From: Candidatus Nanohaloarchaea archaeon
Lineage (GTDB): Archaea > Nanohalarchaeota > Nanosalinia > Nanosalinales > Nanosalinaceae
Length of the DNA: 45,069 nt
Assembly: GCA_042217585.1 (NCBI GenBank)
Contig: JBDGSJ010000014.1
Location: 1 to 45,069, forward strand
Direction of reading: 5' to 3'
Shown: piece by piece, positions 9,876 through 17,854 of the stretch
Position numbering within the stretch: the first letter of the stretch is position 1
Layout of the letters: every line of letters starts with the position of its first letter
Notes under the pieces: generated by a model
What the model was told of the DNA's origin: nothing
The model's database searches: none
What the model saw: the letters and a program-made list of their open reading frames with translations, nothing else
Made by a program: the position numbers and the translations under genes

Positions 9876-10169
9876 ATGAAAAACGCATTAAGAGAGAAGT
9901 CGAGACGAGCCCTGCTTTTCGTACTTCTGGGCGTCACCAGAGCTCTCTCCAGGCTGGACCTCAACCTTCCGACGAGGTGGTACATGCTTCTCGACACTCT
10001 CAGAGTTTCTTCGGGGACCGCGTACGCAAGGCTTTCGATGATCGACGGCGAGGTCGAGGAGGAGGTTCTGGAGAAGGAGAGGATGATAGAGGACCGGCTT
10101 AAGCGGAGGAAGTACACGAGGGACGATATAGAGAGGTACAACAGGAAGAAACGTGAGGCCGGGCTATAG
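9876..10169 (+). CDS. Hypothetical basic protein
   Basis: 97-aa ORF fills the gap, stop overlaps the ffh stop, upstream TTATAT. No family recognised. Confidence 0.6.
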   Translation: MKNALREKSRRALLFVLLGVTRALSRLDLNLPTRWYMLLDTLRVSSGTAYARLSMIDGEVEEEVLEKERMIEDRLKRRKYTRDDIERYNRKKREAGL

Positions 10170-11453
10170 GCCCATCTTCTGGAACATGTCCTGCATGTTG
10201 CCGCGCTTCATGGATTTCTTGTCGAACTTGTCCATCATGTTCTTGGTCTGACGGAAATGCTTGACCAGCTCACGGACCTCTTCCCTCGTCCTCCCGGATC
10301 CCTCGGCGATCCTCTCGGCCCGCGACTTACTTATCACCGAGGGGTCCGCCATCTCCTCCTCCGTCATGGAGTCGATTATAGTGGAGTAATGACCTATCTT
10401 CTCCTCCGTCATGTTGGTTATGTTGTCGGGGAGGTCCGAGCCGAAAGGCAGCTGCTGCATGACCTCCTCCATCATTCCCGATCCCGTTACGGATTCCATC
10501 TGGTCCCTGAAGTCATGAAGCGTGAACTCGCCCTCCAGCATCTTTTCGGGGTCGGTGTCCAGCTCCTCTATCTTCTCCAGCAGGGATTCAAGGTCCGGCT
10601 GCCCGATCATCTGTGAGACGAAATCCACCGGGTCGTAGGCCTCAAGGTCCCCCATCTTCTCGCCGGTCCCTATGAACTTCACCGGGGAGCCGGAGTGCTC
10701 GCACGCGACGAGCGCTCCTCCACCCTTCGCGCTCGAGTCCATTTTCGTGACTATCACGCCTGTTATGCCGACCGCGTCGTCGAACTTCTGGGCCTGGTCC
10801 CTCGCGCTCTGGCCTATATCCGCCGGAATGACCAGGTACTTCTCCTCCGGGTCCATTTCGGCGTCTATCTCCGAGAGCTCCTTTCTCAGGTCCTCCTCAA
10901 GGGAATCGCGTCCCGCGGAGTCGATTATCGTTACATCGACGTCCAGCTCCTTCTTCGCCTCGCGGACCACCCTTGCCGGGTCCTCCGCGTCCTCTATACC
11001 GAAGAACTCGGCCTCGACGTCTTCCGCGATCTGCTGGAGCTGCTCGTAGGCCGCCGGGCGGTCAGTGTCCGCCGCGATCAGTCCGACCTTCATCCCGCGT
11101 TTCCTGTAGAAGTCGGCGAGCTTTCCCGCAGTAGTGGTCTTTCCCGCGCCGTAGAGACCGCACAGGAGGATGTTCTTGGGCTCTATCTCGACCTCTGCCT
11201 CGTCGCCCATCAGGTCCTCGAGTTCTTCGTAGACTATCTCGAGGACGTGCTCCTTCCGGGAGAGTCCCTTGGGGACCTCCTCGCTGAGCGCCTCCTCTCT
11301 TATATCGTCGGTTATATCGGAGACCAGTCCGACGTCGACGTCGGCCTTGATAAGGTCCCTCTGGATGTCCTTGACCAGTTGCTCGACTGCTTCCTCGTCG
11401 GCGACACTCCTGGAGGAGAATTTCTGTATTGAGTCCTTTATCTTGTCGAACAT
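10164..11453 (-). CDS. ffh: Signal recognition particle protein SRP54
   Basis: GLYGAGKTTT, DTDRPAAYEQL, DSAGR, TKMDSSAKGGG, Met-rich M domain with SRAERIAEGSG. Confidence 0.98.
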   Translation of the reverse strand: MFDKIKDSIQKFSSRSVADEEAVEQLVKDIQRDLIKADVDVGLVSDITDDIREEALSEEVPKGLSRKEHVLEIVYEELEDLMGDEAEVEIEPKNILLCGLYGAGKTTTAGKLADFYRKRGMKVGLIAADTDRPAAYEQLQQIAEDVEAEFFGIEDAEDPARVVREAKKELDVDVTIIDSAGRDSLEEDLRKELSEIDAEMDPEEKYLVIPADIGQSARDQAQKFDDAVGITGVIVTKMDSSAKGGGALVACEHSGSPVKFIGTGEKMGDLEAYDPVDFVSQMIGQPDLESLLEKIEELDTDPEKMLEGEFTLHDFRDQMESVTGSGMMEEVMQQLPFGSDLPDNITNMTEEKIGHYSTIIDSMTEEEMADPSVISKSRAERIAEGSGRTREEVRELVKHFRQTKNMMDKFDKKSMKRGNMQDMFQKMGL

Positions 11454-11490
11454 GTGTACCGGTTCGGGTCCAAGGATTAAAACTGTGACC

Positions 11491-11832
11491 CTAACCGCCG
11501 ATGTTCCAGAACCTGTACAGGATTATACCGGCCCCTGAACCTACAAGCGCGGTTCCGAGCCCCGTGACAAGCGACTGCTCAAGCCTGCCTCCCGCGACCG
11601 CGTAAACCGAGAAACCCACGAAGCCGAATATTATCAGGGTCCTGGCCGGGTCCTTGAACCACGAGAACGTGGTCCAGGCTGTCTCGAGGTCCGTGAAACG
11701 GTATGCGAGGTATATCGCGGTCAGCATCACGACCGCGGACCCCGCGATGGTCGCGGAGCTGTATGCCCTGAAGCCGAGGTATCCCGCGGCGGCTCCGATG
11801 AGGACCTCCATGATACCTTTTTTCTCGACCAT
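11491..11832 (-). CDS. Small 4-TM membrane protein
   Basis: 113 aa with four hydrophobic segments. Confidence 0.75.
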   Translation of the reverse strand: MVEKKGIMEVLIGAAAGYLGFRAYSSATIAGSAVVMLTAIYLAYRFTDLETAWTTFSWFKDPARTLIIFGFVGFSVYAVAGGRLEQSLVTGLGTALVGSGAGIILYRFWNIGG

Positions 11833-11883
11833 AACTGTCTATCCGGGTTTAACGGATAAAAGGTTTCATCACAGTTGTTTTGT

Positions 11884-12717
11884 ATGGAATTCCCGCTTCA
11901 GGCGGTCGGAGACCGGCAGCTTCACTACTACGAGTCGGAGAAGGATTCCGATGTACAGCTGGTCTTCCTGCCATCCGGTTTCAACCCCGAGCTCTGGAGG
12001 CACCAGATAAACTACTTCTCGAGGGAGCTGAAGACGGTCTGCTTCCGACCTGTCGAAGGTGAGAGAGGTTTCCGGGGAGAACTGGAGGCCCTTGAGACCG
12101 TGCTCTCACAGGATCATCTCAGGAACGTGGTCCTGGTTTCACACACGGTGGGGAACCCGGTGGCGAGGAGGATGGAGGGGGACGACAACGTGATCGCTAC
12201 CGTGGTCTCGGGACTTCTGAACGACCTCGACGACATACCGTCGAAGACTGTTTACCGCGGTATCTGGGGTGCGCTGAGGCGTAAAGGGAAGCTCATGAAG
12301 AAGCTGTTCTTCGCTGATGGGACTGATTACAGGGTCGTGAAGGAGTTCGCCGAGGACCTGGAGCCGCCTGTCCACGAGGACCTGGAGAGCTTCATAGACC
12401 GGTACAGCTGGAGGGAGTCCCTGAAGCATTCGATGATAATCTACCCGCAGGGCGACAGGTTTTCATCCAGGGAGTTCCTGGAGTCGATGCAGAAGGGAAG
12501 CTCGGTCAGCGTCCTGAAGGGGGCCGGCACCTTCCCGTTCTACGAGAAACCACAGGAGTTCAACAAGGCGCTCCACGACTTCCTGTCCAAGGTTATGGAC
12601 TACGTGGACCGGAAGAAACTGGTGGAGAAACGAAGCAGGAACAGGTCACTCAGGGAGTTCGAGGAAAGACCTTCCAGTGATAAGAGTTTGGAGAAGAAGT
12701 TGAAGATGAAAAGATGA
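11884..12717 (+). CDS. Alpha/beta-hydrolase-fold protein, catalytic residues degenerate
   Basis: LVFLPSG...WRHQINYFS, VVLVSHTVG (for GHSxG), GAGTFPFYEKPQEFN (for GAGHxxxxExP). Confidence 0.85.
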   Translation: MEFPLQAVGDRQLHYYESEKDSDVQLVFLPSGFNPELWRHQINYFSRELKTVCFRPVEGERGFRGELEALETVLSQDHLRNVVLVSHTVGNPVARRMEGDDNVIATVVSGLLNDLDDIPSKTVYRGIWGALRRKGKLMKKLFFADGTDYRVVKEFAEDLEPPVHEDLESFIDRYSWRESLKHSMIIYPQGDRFSSREFLESMQKGSSVSVLKGAGTFPFYEKPQEFNKALHDFLSKVMDYVDRKKLVEKRSRNRSLREFEERPSSDKSLEKKLKMKR

Positions 12718-13238
12718 TAGCAGGACTGGTCCTGAAGGACGACGTCGAGAAGGATTCACAGCTGGCATTCCTCGGAGACGAACTGGAATCCGTCCAGGCA
12801 TCCACGAACGAGGAGATAATAGAGGAGATAGAGGAAAGAAAGCCCGAGGTCCTGGCCATCGACGCGGGCGAGACAGGGAGGGACGAGTTCTCGAAACAGG
12901 AGGAAGAACTGAAGGAGGAGGGCTATACGTTCTCACCGGCCTCCCACAACAAGATGAAGGCCCGCAGGTTCGAGGCGCTGACGGAACAGCTCTTCCAGAT
13001 GCTGGGAGAGCAGAAACCGGAGGTCATCAGGTTTGAGCCCGCGATAACTTCTGAGGAGCTTGCGATAGATGGAGACGAGGCCCTGGAGTCCTACGGTATA
13101 GATGCGGAGAATATAATGTCGGCGCAGGCGTTTGACGCGGTCCTTGGCGCGGTCACAGCTCGCTTCTACAGCCAGGGACAGTTCGAGGACCTCGGGGTCA
13201 TAGTGCCAGAGCCACTGGGCGAAACTGACGGGGAGTAA
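12714..13238 (+). CDS. DUF429-like (RNase H-fold) protein, degenerate
   Basis: TNEEIIEEI...KPEVLAIDA and FDAVLGAVTARFYSQG...IVP match the DUF429 pattern. ATGA-coupled to the upstream gene. Confidence 0.7.
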   Translation: MIAGLVLKDDVEKDSQLAFLGDELESVQASTNEEIIEEIEERKPEVLAIDAGETGRDEFSKQEEELKEEGYTFSPASHNKMKARRFEALTEQLFQMLGEQKPEVIRFEPAITSEELAIDGDEALESYGIDAENIMSAQAFDAVLGAVTARFYSQGQFEDLGVIVPEPLGETDGE

Positions 13239-13320
13239 GCAGGGAAAGTACTCCCGTGGTTCCACCACCGGCATGAGCCGGGACAACCCTTTTTATCAGA
13301 GAAATGGGAAACCTGGAGAC

Positions 13321-13611
13321 ATGGGAATGGATCTGCAGGAGACCAGGGAAGAACTTGACAAGCTCAACGAGAAGATCGTGGACGTGATCGAAGAGCGGAT
13401 GGAATTGGTCGTTGATGTAGCGAAGTACAAGGAGAGGAAAGGCAAGGATATCGTGGATGAGGACCGGGAGGAAGAGGTCAAGCAGGAGTTCGAGGATATC
13501 TTCCAGGAGCGAGGTCTACCCGAGGGACGTGGAAGGGACCTGGCCGAGTATCTGATAGCGACCGCGATAGACCGGGAAGAGGAGATACTGGATAGGGAGA
13601 TAGATAGGTGA
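13321..13611 (+). CDS. Stand-alone chorismate mutase (AroQ type)
   Basis: LQETREELDKLNEKIVDVIEERMELVVDVAKYK...IVDEDREEEV pattern with the conserved R, R, K and RE residues. Start at 13321 or 13327, TATA CTTTTTAT at about 13289. Confidence 0.88.
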   Translation: MGMDLQETREELDKLNEKIVDVIEERMELVVDVAKYKERKGKDIVDEDREEEVKQEFEDIFQERGLPEGRGRDLAEYLIATAIDREEEILDREIDR

Positions 13612-13717
13612 AGGACTACCCCGGAGCGGGTAGAAACCAGATACCTGAAGGAGCCGACTTCTCGCCAAAGAATTAAAAGAATTTCACGTCCATCCAGTTG
13701 ATACAGGTAATAATCTT

Positions 13718-14059
13718 ATGGGAATGGAGAAGTTTTACCGGACGGTCAGACAGCAGTTCGGGCTTGACAAGGAGGAGATGAAGCAGGAAGTGAAGGAAGA
13801 AGTGACCGAGGAACTACAGGACGAGCTTGAGGAAGAGGTCTCCTACATCGAGGCGCAGATGAAGGAGTACGAGCAGCTCGTCGCCGAGGTCAACCACCTG
13901 CTCTCCAAGATGAGGAAAGAAAGAGTCAAGGGAAGCGGCAAGGAAGGACAGATAAAGATGGACGATCTGGACGACGACATCCAGCCACTGAAATCCAAGC
14001 TGAAGGAACTGGAGAAGTCGATGAACGACCGTGTGGAGAGACAGAAAGCCCTGAGCTGA
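13718..14059 (+). CDS. Hypothetical coiled-coil protein
   Basis: 113 aa, heptad-rich, upstream AATTAAAA. Confidence 0.75.
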   Translation: MGMEKFYRTVRQQFGLDKEEMKQEVKEEVTEELQDELEEEVSYIEAQMKEYEQLVAEVNHLLSKMRKERVKGSGKEGQIKMDDLDDDIQPLKSKLKELEKSMNDRVERQKALS

Positions 14060-14947
14060 TCAGTCGAGTATCTCTTCCACGAATTTCTCTTTATTGAACT
14101 CTTCAAGATCCCCGTAACCCTGCCCCGTCCCGATGTAGGCCACCGGTTTACCTGAACGATGGCTTATCGATATTATCGCACCACCGTTCTCATCGACATC
14201 CATCTTCGTGACGATCACCGCGTCGAACATGCCCTCGTAGGCGTCGGCCTGCTCAAGCACGTCGTTACCGGCCAGCGCGTCCACTATAAGGAACGAGACG
14301 TCCGGATCGTTGACCCGGACCATCTTCTCCAGTTCGTTCATCAGGTTCTGGTCGGAATGTGACCTGCCAGCGGTGTCGACCAGAGCCACCTTGCCTTGGT
14401 TCTCCGCGTGCTCCACCGTGTCGTACGCCACGGCCGCGGGGTCGCTCTCGTACTCGTGGGAGATCACCTTCACACCGAGTTCATCGCCGTGCTCCCTCAA
14501 CTGTTCAATAGAGGCAGCCCGGAACGTGTCGCCGGCACCCATCACCACGCCGTAATCCTCCTTCAGGTCGCTGGCAATCTTCGCCGCGGTGGTGGTCTTC
14601 CCGGAGCCGTTGAAACCCATGAAGAACACTACAGGAGGCTCATCCGCTTCCTCGATCCGGTCCTCGAGGTCGAAGTCATCGTCGAGTATCTCGAGAAGTG
14701 ACCCACGCATCGCATCCTCGACCGTCTCCTCGACGTCTCCACGCGCCACCTTCTCGCCGAGAAGCTCTTCCCGGAGCTCTTCCTCTATCTCCTCCGCGAC
14801 CTCCAGGGAAACGTTGTTCTGCAGAAGCTTCAGCCTGAGATCCTCAAGTAGCGGTTCAAGAGTATCCTCGTCGAGTTCTTTCTCCGCTACAGCCGACTTC
14901 ACGCTGGATGAGAAATCCTTGACGGATTCCTTGAACTTCTCGAGCAT
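14060..14947 (-). CDS. ftsY: SRP receptor FtsY (NG domains only)
   Basis: GFNGSGKTTT, DTFRAASIEQL, DPAAVAYD, DTAGR, TKMD, IGTGQGYGDL. Confidence 0.98.
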   Translation of the reverse strand: MLEKFKESVKDFSSSVKSAVAEKELDEDTLEPLLEDLRLKLLQNNVSLEVAEEIEEELREELLGEKVARGDVEETVEDAMRGSLLEILDDDFDLEDRIEEADEPPVVFFMGFNGSGKTTTAAKIASDLKEDYGVVMGAGDTFRAASIEQLREHGDELGVKVISHEYESDPAAVAYDTVEHAENQGKVALVDTAGRSHSDQNLMNELEKMVRVNDPDVSFLIVDALAGNDVLEQADAYEGMFDAVIVTKMDVDENGGAIISISHRSGKPVAYIGTGQGYGDLEEFNKEKFVEEILD

Positions 14948-14953
14948 CCTGCT

Positions 14954-15370
14954 CTACTCCTGTGCCTGTTGCTGCTGTTTCTGTATCTGCATCTGGATCT
15001 GCTGGAGCTTGCCCTGGAGGTCCTGCATCGTGTCCTCGAGCTCCTCCTTGGTCTCCTGGGCGCGTTCCTGCTCTTTCTGGATCGTCTCGCGGGCGTCCTC
15101 CCGTTCCTTCTCCTCGAAGGAGTCGCCTCCGACCTTCGTGACGACCTGCTCGCTGTCCTTCAGTTCTGCCTTCGCGTAGGCACCGGGACCTATCTTCGCA
15201 AGTATCTCTTTGCCCTCCTCGATACTCTCGAGGTCCTTCAGGGCCTTCTCGGTCTCCTGGAACTCCTCTATCTCTTCCTCTACATCCTCGAGGTACTCCT
15301 GGACCTCCTCAAGCTGCTGCTGGAGCTGCTGGTACTGGGCGTAGGCCTGCTGCTGTTGCTGCTGATCCAT
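14954..15370 (-). CDS. pfdA: Prefoldin alpha subunit
   Basis: Two coiled coils flanking EILAKIGPGAYAKAEL...VVTKVGG hairpins. Located between LX and ftsY. Confidence 0.95.
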   Translation of the reverse strand: MDQQQQQQAYAQYQQLQQQLEEVQEYLEDVEEEIEEFQETEKALKDLESIEEGKEILAKIGPGAYAKAELKDSEQVVTKVGGDSFEEKEREDARETIQKEQERAQETKEELEDTMQDLQGKLQQIQMQIQKQQQQAQE

Positions 15371-15371
15371 C

Positions 15372-15551
15372 TTACTCGACCTCTTCGACTTCTTCGATAC
15401 TGATTTTGCTCCTTGAGATCGAGTGCTCGCTTCCGAGTTCCGAGTACAGGCTGTCCCTGGCGTGGTCCTCGGATTCAGCGTCTACATCCCGCTCGAATCC
15501 GTGGGTTCCCCGGCCAAGTTCTACCTCTCCCGAGAATCTGTACGTTGTCAT
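15372..15551 (-). CDS. rpl18a: 50S ribosomal protein L18Ae (LX), absent from the ORF track
   Basis: Hand translation gives MTTYRFSGEVELGRGTHGFERDVDAESEDHARDSLYSELGSEHSISRSKISIEEVEEVE (59 aa). YSxLGSxH motif and conserved position before pfdA. Confidence 0.95.
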   Translation of the reverse strand: MTTYRFSGEVELGRGTHGFERDVDAESEDHARDSLYSELGSEHSISRSKISIEEVEEVE

Positions 15552-16261
15552 ACTGACGAGAGAAACTCCGAATTTTTTAAAGGCTGTTCTGAGAGCAGGA
15601 GACTGTTGAGCAGGGAGTTCCTTGAACCCTCAAGATCGGCTCGCCTGAGCCTCACCACGGCACCCTTCAACCCTATCCTGCCTTCCAGGACCTCCGCGCC
15701 ACCATAACCCTGTGTGAACCCGTCCCTGAAAGCGCTGTAACGCTCTTCCTCCATCATCGACGGATAGAGGAACGCCTGCTCGACATCCCGGGTGAAGTGA
15801 TGGCTGTCTGCGTCCCCGACGAAGTACTCGAGGTCCAGGAATGTCAGGCCGTCGTCCACCTTGACATTGTGTATCGCCGGATCGTAGATCGCGGACCCAC
15901 TTTCGTGGACCGCTCTCAGCTCCCTTCCGAACTCACGGGCCTGGCTGTACACCTCTTCGAGCCCCTCCTCGGCGACGATCTCCATCAGGTTGTCACCTGA
16001 AACCTTCCCCATATCTATGAAGGGTCTGCCATCCTCCTCTCCTGTTCCGAGGACCTCCGGCACGTCTATCCCTATATCCTCCAGTTTTCCTATCCCCTCA
16101 AGTTCGTTCTCCATGCGGTCCTCCGCCGAGGGATAATCCAGTCCTTCTCCGCGGACCGCGTCGTAGAGCGACCTCGTGAACGCTCCTGAGGGGAACTCCC
16201 TGTACTTCTTCCTGAAGCGGTCCTCCATCTCTTCTATCTCGTTGGACCAGCCGTACTTCAC
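15548..16261 (-). CDS. Protein kinase-like fold protein (Bud32/RIO/Kdo-like)
   Basis: RMENELEG, GIDVPEVL, LRAVHESG-AIYDPAIHN (catalytic loop D..N), FLDLE (DFG-like). GTG start. Confidence 0.78.
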   Translation of the reverse strand: MKYGWSNEIEEMEDRFRKKYREFPSGAFTRSLYDAVRGEGLDYPSAEDRMENELEGIGKLEDIGIDVPEVLGTGEEDGRPFIDMGKVSGDNLMEIVAEEGLEEVYSQAREFGRELRAVHESGSAIYDPAIHNVKVDDGLTFLDLEYFVGDADSHHFTRDVEQAFLYPSMMEEERYSAFRDGFTQGYGGAEVLEGRIGLKGAVVRLRRADLEGSRNSLLNSLLLSEQPLKNSEFLSSV

Positions 16262-16294
16262 CCATCAAGAAGGGTGCTCAAGAGATAAAAGCGG

Positions 16295-17854
16295 TCAGGA
16301 GTACTTCTCCAGTATCTCCTGCGGGTTCGCCCTGTTCTCCGCCATCTCAACCACCTCTTCCTCGTTCTGGTAGTACTCGGCGATTATCTTCCCTACCTCG
16401 TCGACGTCGTTTATCTGCTTGTCAAGCATCCACTGTAGGACCTCCTCCTTCTCCTTCCTGTTCTCGGCGATCTCACCGCGGTCCATACCCGTGTGGAGCA
16501 TCAACTTGTCGACGATGTTGGAGGACTCCCTCTTCTTGTTCATCTCGTCGTTCTCGGAGTCCCACTCGTATATCACGTTCGCCCCGAGGCTTGTCTCTCC
16601 CTCGCCACGGCGGTAGCCGGACTTCGATACCTCCGCGACCTCGAGGACGCGGCGGAAGTTCCTCCGGCGGTCCCTGAACATGACCACGTTGACGTCAACC
16701 GACTTCACCATCTGCTCCGCGACATCGATCGGAGGGTTGAGCATCCTCTGGACCGTCTGCTCGGCGGTGTCGGCGTGCAGCGTTGCGTAGACGGAGTGGC
16801 CTGTGTGCATAGCCTCGAAGAGGACCTCTGCCTGTCTTTTCTTACGTATCTCTCCGACCAGTATCCTGTCGGGGCGCATACGGAGCGAGTTGACGAGCAG
16901 GTCACGCATCGATACCTCTCCCTTCCCCTCCGGGTTTGGCTCTCTCGTCGTCAGCGGGACCCAGTGCAGGAACTCGGGGAGCTGGACCTCGCGCGTGTCC
17001 TCTATGGAGATTATCCTCTGCTCGGGCGGCATGAACGGCATCAGTACGTTGAGAAGGGATGTCTTTCCCGCACCTGTACCTCCCGAGACTATCACGGACA
17101 TCTCGAACTGTATCGCCAGCCAGAGGAACGCCGCGACCTCCTTCGTTATCGTCCCGTTCTCTATGAAGTCTGTTATGGTCCACGGGTCACGGGCGAACTT
17201 ACGGATTGTGATCGTGTTTCCCTGGGTGGAGATAGGCTGGATGGTGGCGTTGACGCGGTCCCCTGTCGGGAGGTGGGCGTCCAGGAGCGGGTCGAGCGAG
17301 GATATGTTCTTCCCGACCCTTCGGGCGATCTCCGACGAGTAGTTGTAGATCTCCTCCTCGTCCTCGAACGTGATATTGGTCTTCAGCCAGCCGAACTCCT
17401 GGTGGTAGACCCAGGTCGGCTCCATGCTCCCGTTGACAACCATCTCCTCCAGGTTCGGATCCTTGAGAAGTATCTCGAGGTCGCCAAGCCCGACCATGTC
17501 GTGTATCAGGTTACCGATGAGTATGTCCCGGGCTCGCTGGTCCAGCTCAGGGAGCTCCTCCTCTATCTCCTTCTCGACCTCGTTCGAGAACTTGTTCTTC
17601 ACCTGGTCCAGTTGATCGCTCTCAGTGAACTCCTCACGCGTCAGCTCCACGTTCTGGATCACTGCCTTCCTGAGGCTCTCGATGAACGCCTCCGTCCCCA
17701 CCTTGACCTTCGGCCGGTCCACCATGTACCGGAGGACGTACTCCCCGTGCTGCTCCCCGATCGATATCTGGGCCGGGACACCGTCAGCATCAACCCGGTA
17801 GGTGTCCTTCACCTTGGAGAGCTTCTCAGCCGGATCATCCTTGTCATCAGGCAT
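16295..17854 (-). CDS. Type II/IV secretion ATPase (PilB/FlaI/CpaF/VirB11 family)
   Basis: TITIRKF, Walker A GGTGAGKT, SIEDTRE Asp box, LRMRPDRILVGEIR Walker B, MHTGH...TLHA His box. Confidence 0.96.
   Translation of the reverse strand: MPDDKDDPAEKLSKVKDTYRVDADGVPAQISIGEQHGEYVLRYMVDRPKVKVGTEAFIESLRKAVIQNVELTREEFTESDQLDQVKNKFSNEVEKEIEEELPELDQRARDILIGNLIHDMVGLGDLEILLKDPNLEEMVVNGSMEPTWVYHQEFGWLKTNITFEDEEEIYNYSSEIARRVGKNISSLDPLLDAHLPTGDRVNATIQPISTQGNTITIRKFARDPWTITDFIENGTITKEVAAFLWLAIQFEMSVIVSGGTGAGKTSLLNVLMPFMPPEQRIISIEDTREVQLPEFLHWVPLTTREPNPEGKGEVSMRDLLVNSLRMRPDRILVGEIRKKRQAEVLFEAMHTGHSVYATLHADTAEQTVQRMLNPPIDVAEQMVKSVDVNVVMFRDRRRNFRRVLEVAEVSKSGYRRGEGETSLGANVIYEWDSENDEMNKKRESSNIVDKLMLHTGMDRGEIAENRKEKEEVLQWMLDKQINDVDEVGKIIAEYYQNEEEVVEMAENRANPQEILEKYS

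Noticed and set aside
11491..11832. MVEKKG/IMEVL resembles a class III (prepilin) cleavage site
   Set aside because: The protein has four TM segments and no soluble domain, which is not pilin-like. Cannot be fully excluded.
13226..13290. Adjacent short hairpins after the DUF429-like stop, superficially cloverleaf-like
   Set aside because: No acceptor stem, T-loop or anticodon-arm geometry. Short GC stems are expected by chance.
14954..15370. Poly-Gln (CAG) runs at both ends of prefoldin alpha
   Set aside because: Gln-rich termini are common in halophilic archaeal prefoldins.
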